NCBI GenBank assembly: GCA_951406725.2
Contig: OX597833.1
Span: 32,054,001 to 32,118,000 of the forward strand
Reading direction: 5' to 3'
DNA: 64,000 nucleotides
Source: Octopus vulgaris
Taxonomy: Eukaryota
Shown here in pieces: positions 53,170 to 64,000 of the stretch. The notes under the pieces are model-generated. The model made no database searches and had not been told where the DNA came from. It was given only the letters and a program-made list of their open reading frames with translations. How positions within the stretch are numbered: the stretch's first letter is position 1; each line of letters starts with the position of its first letter. The position numbers and the translations under genes were made by a program.

Positions 53170-54166
53170 TCGTGCTGTCGAGAAGGGAGTGAAGCAAGGA
53201 GATACGATCTCCCCAAAACTTTTCACCGCATGTCTCGAGCAGATCATCAGAGGCATCGACTGGCAAGGCGGTGTCAACATCAATGGCGAGCTCCTCACCC
53301 ACCTCCGTTTCGCTGTCGACATCGTACTCATCGCTGAAACCATGGATCAGCTTCAGACCATGCTGACGGAGCTCGACATCAAAAGCTCTGTAGTAGGTCT
53401 CAAGATGAACCGCATGAAAACAAAGTTCATGCGGTCAGACAACGTACCAACAGGTCGAATGGTGATCGGCAGTGATGAAATAGAGGAGGTAAAAGAATAT
53501 GTCTACATGGGACAGGAAGTGAATATGTGCCGAGATATCGAAAAGGAGATCTCACGGAGAGTAAGGGCCGGATGGAAGGCGTTTAATGGCATAAGGGATG
53601 TGCTCAAGGGAAGGTTTGACAGGATCACCCGTGCCAACCTCATCAACAGTACAGTTCTACCTGCAATGTTATATGGTAGTGAAACATGGGCCACCACAAA
53701 GAGAGAAGAGCAGAGACTGGTAACGGCTCAAAGAGCCATGGAAAAGTCAATGCTTGGTATCTCGTTGAGAGAGCACATCAGTAGCGAGATCATCAGAAAG
53801 AAGTCCGGCGTGAGGGATGTCATCGCAGAGTATACACGCAGCAGGTTTAGATGGGCTGGGCACGTCGCCCGGCTCACCGATAATTGGTGGACCCGCGCAG
53901 TTGTCGAGTGGTACTCGCGCGAGCGGAAACGACCACCTGGAAGGCCTCCACGAAGGTGGAGTTACAATTTCAGGAGGACGATTGGGATCACGTGAATGAG
54001 AAAGGCGCGATCCAGAGAGGAGTGGACAGCGGTGCTGTGACCAGCGGTGCTGTGACCAGCGGTGCTGTGACCAGCGGTGCTGTGACCAGCGGTGCTGTGA
54101 CCAGCGGTGCTGTGACCAGCGGTGTCAAATCGACGCCCGACTGACTGGTCGGTCAAGGTGATCAAG

Positions 54167-54170
<4 letters not shown>
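53170..54170 (+). mobile_element. 5'-truncated RTE LINE with a 268-aa open RT C-terminal frame
   Basis: VKQGDTISPKLF, LRFAVDIV (catalytic ADD altered), GLKMNRMKTK, LYGSETW, RWAGHVAR; caaggtgat tail repeats. Confidence 0.92.
54028..54123 (+). repeat. Minisatellite, ~6 x 15 bp (agcggtgctgtgacc) in the LINE 3' end
   Basis: Head-to-tail copies. Confidence 0.9.
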
Positions 54171-54205
<35 letters not shown>

Positions 54206-54299
54206 ATATTAAACACTAAATAAGTAAAGATGCGGACTCTGTATCCGGCTGACAGAAATATGTCTGGTAATGACATGTTTTGTATACTCTCTAATGAAT

Positions 54300-55400
54300 A
54301 TACATGTTTCTCGATACCTCATCCCAGGTCTTCCTGGGTTTACCTTTTCCACAGGCTCCCTCAACTGCTAGGGTGTAATACTTTTTCACACAGCTTTCCT
54401 CATCCATTCTCCCCACATAACCATACCAGCGCAGTCGTCTCTCTTGCGCACCACATCTGATGCATCTTAGGGCCAACTTTTCTCTCAAGGCACTTCTGCC
54501 GCGTATGCATACTGACATTACACATCCAGCGGAGCATACTGGCTTCATTCCTTGCAAGCTTACACATATCCTCAGCAGTCACGGCCCATGTTTCACTGCC
54601 ATGTAGCATGACAATTCGTATACATGCATCATACAGTCTACCTTTTACTCTGAGCAAGAGGCCCTTTGTCACCAGCAGAGGTAGGAGCTCTCTGAACCTT
54701 GCCTAGGCTATTCTTATTCTAGCAACTACACTTTCAGAACATTCACCCCGGCTACTGACTTGGTCACCTAGGTAACAGAAGTTGTCGACTACTTTTAGTT
54801 TTTCTCCCTGGAATGTGGCAGAAGTTGTTTTCTGCACATCTTCAGTGTTTATTGCTCCTGAGCATCTGCCACATACAAAAGCTATCTTCCTAGTTAGCCT
54901 TCCTTTGATATTACTGCACCTCTTATGTGTCCATAGCTTACACTGGGTACATCGTATAGAGTTTCTACCTACGCCTTTTCTACAGATTGAGCAGGGCCAT
55001 CTACCTGAAGGGATTTGTGGTTTGTCTGCCTTCCTACTTATTAGGACTTTGGTTTTAGCTAGGTTGACTCTAAGGCCCTTCGATTCTAATCCTTGCTTCC
55101 ACACCTGCAACTTCTCCTCTAGTTCTGATAGTGACTCAGCAATTAGAGCAAGTTCATCAGCATAGAGGAGCTCCCAGGGGCATCCTGTCTTGAATTCCTT
55201 TTTTTTTTTGCCTGGAGGACTATGTTAAATAGGAGGGGACTGAGGGCTGAACCTTGGTGGACCCCTACCTCTACCCGGAATTCTTCACTGTACTCGTTGC
55301 TAACCCCAACTTTACTGACAGCGTCCCTGTACATGGCTTGCACGGCTCTCGCTAACCATTCATCTATCCCTAGTTTCCTAATTGACCACCAGATAAGGGA
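54300..55400 (-). mobile_element. RTE-like LINE fragment with PHD finger (same family as 46020-47455)
   Basis: VGVHQGSALSPLLF, WELLYADEL, CSIC..CTQC..H..C..CGRC, VDNFCYLGD. Confidence 0.9.
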
Positions 55401-55630
55401 TCAGATCCATTAGCATAATGGGCAAAAATGGGCATTTCATCCATCTTTACATTCTGAGTTGAGATATTAAGGTTGACTGCTTTTCAAAATTTAATTGTTT
55501 TCCACACTTACAGTTGAAAAAGTCTCAATGACTGAAACCGGTACTGAAATGTTTTTTATAAAATTATTTTAGCATTTTCTATCTTGAACTTTTTTCCATA
55601 TGTATCAACTCTTGTGTTCCTTTTCAACCT

Positions 55631-55700
<70 letters not shown>

Positions 55701-55774
55701 CATATATATATACACCTACACACACACACACACACACACACATACACATATATATACACACACGCATATATATA

Positions 55775-56120
55775 TTAGGTCATCTCAAAAATAATGCAGT
55801 TTTTTTTCAATTGCATGACCTAAGAGTCGGAGGGGGATGGGATAAACTACATGCATCAACTTGCTCTAAAAGCAGGTAGTAATTTTACCATGTCCTTATT
55901 CTTAGAGCAAGTTTTAAAGATTGCAGTTCAATTTTAACAGTTTCTTTTTTTTTTTTAAATTTATAATGGAAGTGACAAAGGAGCATATTCAGCATATTTT
56001 GCTTTATGAGTTCAATAAAGACAAAAACACAATGGAAAGTGCAAGGAATATTAATGCAGTGTATGGGGAGTGGACACTAATCATAAGCCAGTGTCAACGG
56101 TAGTTCCAGAAATTCGAGCC
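55775..56120 (+). mobile_element. Mariner 5' fragment
   Basis: TA followed by a ttaggtcatc.. TIR-like start; MEVTKEHIQHILLYEF..SARNINAVYG..QCQR*FQKF helix-turn-helix region. Confidence 0.75.
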
Positions 56121-56221
56121 TAGAAGATGATTTGGACAGTACTTGCGTGTATATGTGCACGCACGCAGCTGTGTATGCATGCACTAGCACTATGAGCCGG
56201 CAACGCCGGGTCATAGTGCTA

Positions 56222-56266
<45 letters not shown>

Positions 56267-56421
56267 AGGTCATTTTTCATAGCATTTTTCCGATGGCCGG
56301 ATAACTGAAGAGATAGCGGCGTGGATTTCATCTCGGCATCCGAAACTTGGAGTTTTATCATGGCTCATGGCTACCGAATAATTGTCACATATTACATATA
56401 TATATATATATATATATATAT

Positions 56422-59400
56422 ACAAGCCCCCATGGAGTGACTCTGGTGGAAGAGGGCAACGCCTGGCGGGCAGGCGTGACAAATGCGGATAAATTCAACC
56501 ACCCTCAACAAGACTGCACATCTCAATTTTTGACCCGCAGTGGAGAAGTTCCTGGCTAAGTGCGTGCGCGTGGCTGTCGCACAGCCACGATCACCTCAAA
56601 CTATTTACTCAGTGATTTGCTTCGTCTTTCTACTCTTTGAGTCTCAAAAAAAAAAATGCCCAATGTCGATGGTAACGCGGGCGCCGGAGGCAGATCTGGA
56701 AAGCTGGAAGCTTCCAGTCCGTGACTACATACTGGCCGAATCTTAGATGGTCGCCGTCCAATGAAAAGCAGTGACATTGGAGGTCGGCAACTGAACTCAT
56801 GAAATGGAGCGGGTGATGCGCACATCTCGTCTGTCCTTGGATCTTATTAGAACGTAGCGAGGATCAACACAGACTCGTCCTAGCTGCTGTCAGCGAGCAC
56901 CTGATGACTGCTAGGATCCCGCTCATTCGGGACAGATACCTTACGTTGATCTCTGTGTATGCCCCTACCCTCATATCTGAAGACGACGTCAAAGCTTCGT
57001 TCTACAACCTGCTGGACCGCACCATCCAGACAGTCCCCGCGCATGGTCGGATTGGAGGATTTCAACGGCAGAGTCGGCAGTGACCATTGTCTGTGGAACG
57101 GTATTCTTGGTCATCACGGCATTGGGATATGCAATGCCAATGGCCAGCTCCCAGGCTTTGCACCAAGTACGAACTCATCATCACCAACTCCCTATTTTGT
57201 CTTCCTACCCGACAAAAGATGACCTGGAAACACCCACGGTTTAAACACTGGCACATCCAAGATCCAAGGACAGACGAAATGTACGCATCGCTTGCTCCAT
57301 GCCTGGTGCAGATGGCTGCTGGACGGATCACTGCTTTCTTATTTCTCACCTTGACATCAAGACCCGCCGTGCACCAAAGTGGGTCTCAGCAAACATACCT
57401 TGTCAACGCTTCGACTGCGCCAAACTCCGGAACTTACAGGCATCCCAAGACTTCAGGGAATCTATTGAGAGGCACCTGATGGACCTCCCAGAGCCAACCT
57501 CCATTAATGATCGTTGTACCAGCCTTCGTGAAGTCATGACCGCTGCCATTGAGGAGCCGATCGGCTTTGCCCGGAAGAAAAACCAAGACTGGTTTGACGA
57601 GAATGATTAAACATCTCTTGTCTTATCGAAGCTAAACTCCGGATACGCATCACCTTCGAGAACCGTGCCACTTGCAGAGAACAAACAAAAACTCCAGCAA
57701 GCATCAGCGGAATGCCAGCGAGGAATGAGAGAAGTTCAGAACATATGGTGGCAGAGAAAAGCATAGGAGATGCAAAACTATGCGGACCAACAAGAGTTGC
57801 TCCGCTTTTATACCGCAACCAAGGAGATCTTCGGCCCCTCAAGGTCATCACCCAGGGAGTCCTCGATCGCTGGAAGTCCCATTTCGAGAGCTTACTTAAC
57901 GACCGACCACTCACGCACTCCAGACGATCTCTTCCAAAACACCCCACAGCTCCCCATCCAACATTGGATGTCCCTGCCGCCCTCGCCCCATGAATTCAAC
58001 AAGGCATTCGAGCTCATGAAGCCGAGCAAAGCTCCAGGACCAGACAACATCCTGGTTGAGTTTTTCCCTCTTGGAGGTCCTGAGCTGAGAAATCATCTGA
58101 TGCTCCTTATCCTCAAGGTCTGGGAAAGCAAGACCCCCCACCCCGAACGACTTCCGCCATGCAACTATCATCACCATCTACAAGAAGGGAGACCGAGAGG
58201 ATTGCAACAACTATCGGGGCATCTCACTCCTGAGTATTGCAAGCAAGATCTTCGCCCATATCCTGATCAATCGCCTCATCATTCTCGCAGAAGACATCAT
58301 CCCTGAGTTGCAGTGTTGCTTTCGACTCTCTCAAGGCACAATCGACATGATCTTTTGTGTCCGCCAATTCCAGGAGAAGTGTCAAGAACAACAACAGCCT
58401 GCAATGTTCATTTTCTAGGATCTAAAGAAAGCCTTTGACAAGATCCCTCGTCCTGCAATGTGGGCCGTCCTTGCTCGGTTTGGATGTCCGGAGGACTTCC
58501 CTGCCTTGGTTCGCTCCCTTTACGGCGGCATGGTAGGTAGAGTATGCCATCAAAATGCCCTCACATACCCGTTGCCAGTCATTGGAGGTTTTAAGCAAGG
58601 ATGTATTCTGGCACCAACCTGTTTCTCTTTGTACATGGCCTTCCATCAGCATGCGCTATCGCTTGGGTGGCGGATCTCGTACCTCTCCATGCAAAGACGC
58701 AGACCTCCACCATCTCAGTCCGTGAGATGCAGTATGCAGACGACAATTCCACCCCGAGCCGGACCGTAGATGGTCTACAAAGGACGCCGATCTTTACAAC
58801 ACGGCTTATGAACGCTTCGGGATGCAGGTAAACATATTAAAGACCAAGACCCAAATCTAATCTGCATCAGGCCAGACCAGTCCACCTACGAACATTAGCA
58901 TCAACGGTCAACCTCTAGAAGTTGAACACTTTTGATACCTTGGGAGTATTCTTCCGAAGACCCTTGGGGATCATGGTAGCCCACTCCGCTTTGGGTAGAC
59001 TCAGCCAACGTGTATTCTTCAATCACGCACTGACCATCCGGACAAAGATCATAGTCTTCCGCGCTATTGTCCTGTCAACTCTTCTTTACGCTCCTGAGAC
59101 TTGGACGCTATACCGCCGTGACTTCAAGCGCCTTGAATGCATCCAGCAATCCAAGCTACGACAAAGCCTCAATATTTGATGGAAAGATCATATTACCAAC
59201 AACGAGGTTCTTCGCTGTGCCTCACTACTAAGCGACGAAGTCATCATTCTTCGCCATCGTCTCCGCTGGGTAGGTCACGTCCAGCGTATGGAGCCTTCTC
59301 ATCTCCCGGGGATCATGCTCTACGGAGAACTTGCAATCGGAACAAGACCCAGAGGAGGCCCATAATTTCGTTTTAAAGAACAGCTCAAAGGGACCCTGGC

Positions 59401-59703
59401 TCAAACTAACATCCAGCCATCCTCATGGGAACAGATTGCCATCGATAGGACAGCTTGGAGGACTGCTATCCGCAACGGAGCCAGCTTCTTTGAGCAGAAC
59501 AGACAATAGAATGAGGAGGTAAAACGCAAGAGAAAAAAGGAGCGTCTTCAACATCCTCGATCCGCACCGATCATCCTGTGTGAATTCTGGCCACGATTCT
59601 TTCATCACCACTTGGACTCCAAAGCACATTCGGCACAAACATCTGACTGGAGACTGGATGGAGACTGACGAACCCAATGCTCGGATACGCGCTGGGACCG
59701 ATG
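56422..59703 (+). mobile_element. Near full-length RTE-clade LINE (endonuclease plus RT), pseudogenised
   Basis: [67 protein letters not shown]. Confidence 0.93.
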
Positions 59704-59736
59704 ATATATATATATATAACTTTATAACTTTATATA

Positions 59737-59783
<47 letters not shown>

Positions 59784-59999
59784 GTATCAAAGGGTATTCA
59801 GAAATATTAGAAATTTCCATTACCAGTGGCCTAGTCAATAGACTATATATTATTCATATAAATACAGTGTACATTTAAACACATAAGAGGTATCCATCAT
59901 AGGACTCTTTGCACGCTAGAGAGAACAGTTAAATTCCAAACCACTATTAGGGGTAAAACTTTGAAGGGAATGAAAAATAAAAGCATTTACCATCAAACT

Positions 60000-60067
60000 C
60001 CTGGACCAATGGTTTCAGACATTTTTAGCAAATAAATAATTTGCTAGGCGAAGTCTTCTTGAGCAGG
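60000..60067 (-). ncRNA. Hammerhead fold with a core substitution (probably inactive)
   Basis: cctg-CTCAAGA-agac..tagcaaat/atttgcta..gtct-GAAA-ccattgg-TC-cagg; all three stems pair, but the core G is replaced by C. Confidence 0.6.
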
Positions 60068-61000
60068 TACACCTTAGATTAAATATATATATACACGAGG
60101 CTTATATGCCCCATGCTTATACATTCTAATTTTTCAAATCTACCGTGCAAGCGCAGCTCTTTGTCGGCAGTAAATAAACAATGCCAGCTTTTCAATTGGA
60201 AAATTATCCAGAATAATTTTCCAGATGATTGATATTATTAATTATTGATAATTTTTTTCTGGACCCCACCCCATTTATGTTTGCTGTGTCAGGCAGAGGT
60301 ACACATCCACATTTACACATGGAAAACGTGAACGCACACACGCATAAAATAAAGCACTAAACACTGGTATGCTAAAGTGAAACACATATCAAGCACGCAA
60401 TTTATTATGTTCGAACATGCATATATACACATATTAAACATTTTCAGAGGACCACAAACCCAACACCTTTCGTAACTGAAATATAAGAGGCTTGAAATAT
60501 AAGAGATTCGTGACCAGACTGAGTTCTCCAAAATAAATAAATAAATAAATAAAAATAAAATCAATGCATTCTTACAGACAGACAGACAGACAACCACCCT
60601 CTAGATTTTTCTTTCGAATATAGTAAGGTATATTAACTGTTACTTTTAGCAGGTTGAGCCTCCATTCACAGGCCCTCTGACTGGCTCGTTGTTTTATTGT
60701 CTGATTATTAAAGGCAATTAAACTCTAAACAAGTAAAGGTGGATACGAACTCCGTATCCGGATAACAGAAATACGCCTAGAAACGTCATCCGCATACCAT
60801 GTTATGTGTACTCCCTAATGACCTGGAGATATATGTGACTGACATAAGAAAATAATGGAAGTTAAGGAGTGTGTATAATAATATGTCCTATACCTCCCCA
60901 TTAAAATTCACTCTTTCATTCACTAATTACACAGGCAAACGAGCTACAATGCAGTCGCTCGTCCTGTTTATATATGATTGCAACCCAGATCACATGCTGT

Positions 61001-61056
<56 letters not shown>

Positions 61057-61057
61057 G

Positions 61058-61092
<35 letters not shown>

Positions 61093-61153
61093 ATGTATAT
61101 ATATATATAATGTATATATATATATAATGTGTATATATATATGTATGTATATG

Positions 61154-61228
<75 letters not shown>

Positions 61229-61259
61229 ATGTATATATATATATATATATATATACTTA

Positions 61260-61650
61260 GGCGCAGGAGTGGCTGTGTGGTAAGTAGCTTGCTAACCAAC
61301 CACATGGTTCCGGGTTCAGTCCCACTGCGTGGCATCTTGGGCAAGTGTCTTCTGCTATAGCCCCGGGCCGACCAATGCCTTGTGATTGGACTTGGTAGAC
61401 GGAAACTGAAAGAAGCCTGTCGTATATATGTATATATATATGTGTGTGTGTCTGTGTTTGTCCCCCTAGCATTGCTTGACAACCGATGCTGGTGTGTTTA
61501 CATCCCCGTAACTTAGCGGTTCGGCAAAAGAGACCGATAGAATAAGTACTGGGCTTACAAAGAATAAGTCCCGGGGTCGATTTGCTCGACAAAAGGCGGT
61601 GCTCCAGCATGGCCGCCGTCAGATGACTGAAACAAGTAAAAGAGTAAAGA
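61260..61650 (+). mobile_element. Full-length tRNA-derived SINE
   Basis: A and B boxes; near-identical to 25369-25770. Confidence 0.9.
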
Positions 61651-61651
61651 G

Positions 61652-61704
<53 letters not shown>

Positions 61705-61712
61705 GTATATAT

Positions 61713-61885
61713 ACTCTTTTACTCTTTTACTTGTTTCAGTCATTTGACTGCGGCCATGCTCTAGCACCGCCTTTAGTCGAGCAAATCGACCCCGGACTTA
61801 TTATTCTTTGTAAGCCCAGTACTTATTTTATCGGTCTCTTTTGCAGAACCGCTAAGTGACGGGGACGTAAACACACCAGCATCGT
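61713..61885 (-). mobile_element. Inverted partial copy of the same SINE (tail-to-tail pair)
   Basis: Reverse complement of ~61485-61652 across a (TA)n tract. Confidence 0.85.
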
Positions 61886-61889
61886 AAAC

Positions 61890-61946
<57 letters not shown>

Positions 61947-62329
61947 ATGTATATATGTATATATATTATATAAAAGGGCTTAGTAAAATAAATTACTTTG
62001 CCGAAATTATATGTATATATATATACACTATCAGAGATACCCGGCGTTGCCCGTGTTACATACAATTGAAGAATTAGACTTTTATGTTATATTTTCTCTA
62101 ATGAACTGGAATATGTGTGTTTCGAATTTCATCATAATTGCAGATGAGGGTTATTTCCCTCTTTACACACCCCCCAAAAATTGTAATCGTGCCACATGTA
62201 TTCCATACAACTGATTTTTATGCGCATATTCCAAAATTCCAGTCTTATTGAACCTGTTAAAAAAATTTTGCTCCTGAAAAATGAAGGTCATGGAGCTCTA
62301 AAATGTGAGAGTTAAGGCACCTGTTGGGT

Positions 62330-64000
62330 GTAGGCTTCTTAATGTAAACCAGAGAAGTTGTCTTTCCATTTCTCCTCTCTGTCTATGTCACTCCTTTGTG
62401 TTCCCTCTTTTACGGTACGTCGCCAATCTTCACGGTTACTGGCAACTGCTTCCCAGTTGGTAATATTGATGTTGCAGGCATTCAATGTCCCTTTTGCAAA
62501 CATCCTTGTATCGTAAGAACGGTCTTCCCACAGACCTAGTGCCCCTAGCAAGCTCTCCGAAGAGTATGTCCTTGGGGTTTCTGCCATTTTCCATACGGCT
62601 AATATGTCCAAGCCATCTCATACGTCTTTGTGTGAGGAGTGCAAACATGCTTGGTATTCCTGCTTGCTTGAAGACATCTTTGTTGGAGACATGATTCTGC
62701 CATTTGATTCGAAGGATTTTCCGGAGGCAGCGCAGGCGAAAGATATTTAGGCGACGCTCTTGACGTGTGTATGGCGTCCAAGTCTCACTTCCATGCCTGG
62801 TGAATTTTCATTTTTGTGGTCTTGGTCAGCTTATTGTTGTCCCATGCCCGTTTGGAGAGTTGGGCCATCACAGCAGCTGCCTTGCCAATGCGTATATTGA
62901 GCTCAGCATCAAGGGATAGGTTGTAGGTGACGGTAGAGCCAAGATAGGTAAACTAAGCCAAAGTCATTACATTCTTGTTCAAAACAGTTGATGAGCCTTT
63001 GTAGGGCTTCTGTGTGTGACACCAGAGCGGTATCATCAGCAAATAGCATCTCCTTGATCAGGACGCTTCTGATTTTGGCCTTGGCACGCAGACGCGAGAG
63101 ATTGAACAGTTTCCTGTCACTTCTACTGTGCAGAAACACTTCATCATCTGATGTCTCAAAGACATGTGACAGCAGCAGCCAGAAGAAGATGCCAAATAAT
63201 GTAGGAGCAAGGACACAACCTTGCTTTACTCCGTTTTTTATTTGGAAGGCGGCTGATGTTGAACCATTGTGCATATCCTCATGGAAAGATTTGATGATCT
63301 TCAGCAGCTTTAGTGGACATCTGATTTTTTAAAGTAGGATGAAGAGGCCTTTTCTACTTACCAAGTCAAAGGTCTTTGTCCGATCAATGAAGGCCATATA
63401 TAATGGCATTTTCTGCTCTCTGGACTTCTCCTGAAGTTGGCGAATGGAGAATATCATGTCAATAGTTGATCCGCTTCTTCTAAAGCCACACTGCGATTCT
63501 GGATAAATTCGAGAAGCAAGCATTTGTAGCCTGGACAGGATAACGCAAGTAAAGGACTTTCCAACAGTGCTTAGAAGAGATATTCCACGGTAATTGTTAC
63601 AATCACCATGGTCACCTTTGTTTTTGTAAAGCGTAATGATGTTTGTATCCCGCATATCCTGAGGGACTGTACCCTCTTCCCACCACTGACACAGAAGCTC
63701 ATGAAGGTGCCGAAGCAGGATAGTGTTTTTGCCGGTTTTGATGATCTCTAAGGGGATGCCGTCTTTTCCCGGAGCCTTGTTACTTGCTAGGGAGTCAATA
63801 GCCTTGGTGAGCTCTGCTATAGATGGCAGACTGTCAAGTTCACACATGACTGGCAAGATCTTGACACCCTTGATTGCAGCCTCAGCTACAGTGATCTCCC
63901 GTGAGTAGAGACCCTGGTAGTACTCCACCCATCTATTCATTTGCTTGCTTTGGTCTTTGATGAGATCTCCAGTAGTTGATTTCAGAGGGGCTGACTTGGT
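62330..64000 (-). mobile_element. RTE-clade LINE RT region, frameshifted, continues past the window end
   Basis: KAPGKDG, CNNYRGISLL, PESQCGFR, NGVKQGCVLAPTLF, MLFADD, MRWLGHISRM. Confidence 0.93.

Noticed and set aside
54028-54123. 15-bp repeats giving an (SGAVT)n peptide
   Set aside because: Slippage minisatellite in a LINE 3' end; no spacers and no evidence of translation

Overview
This is AT-rich eukaryotic DNA made almost entirely of repeats, with no intact host gene recognisable. The tRNA-derived SINEs and microsatellite load resemble an octopod cephalopod genome (inference from remembered repeat families, not a search). It holds decayed LINEs (RTE, L1/Tx1, R4/Dong-like RLE), mariner/maT and Chapaev-like DNA transposons, a gypsy integrase fragment, MITEs, SINEs and long microsatellites. 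Most short ORFs in the track are microsatellite or antisense artefacts. Two things stand out. (1) A ~3 kb endogenous parvovirus/densovirus-like element at 18750-21780 on the minus strand. It has a TATA promoter, then a PLA2-bearing jelly-roll capsid gene, then an SF3-helicase NS1 remnant, so the capsid comes first, the reverse of the usual monosense order. It is fused directly to the 5' end of an R4/Dong-like LINE, and the whole unit is bounded by (TAA)n. (2) A 2.8 kb palindromic array of near-identical ~505-bp units at 50359-53118, each carrying a type I hammerhead ribozyme (retrozyme or Penelope-like). Many more hammerhead motifs and fold-backs are scattered through the window.
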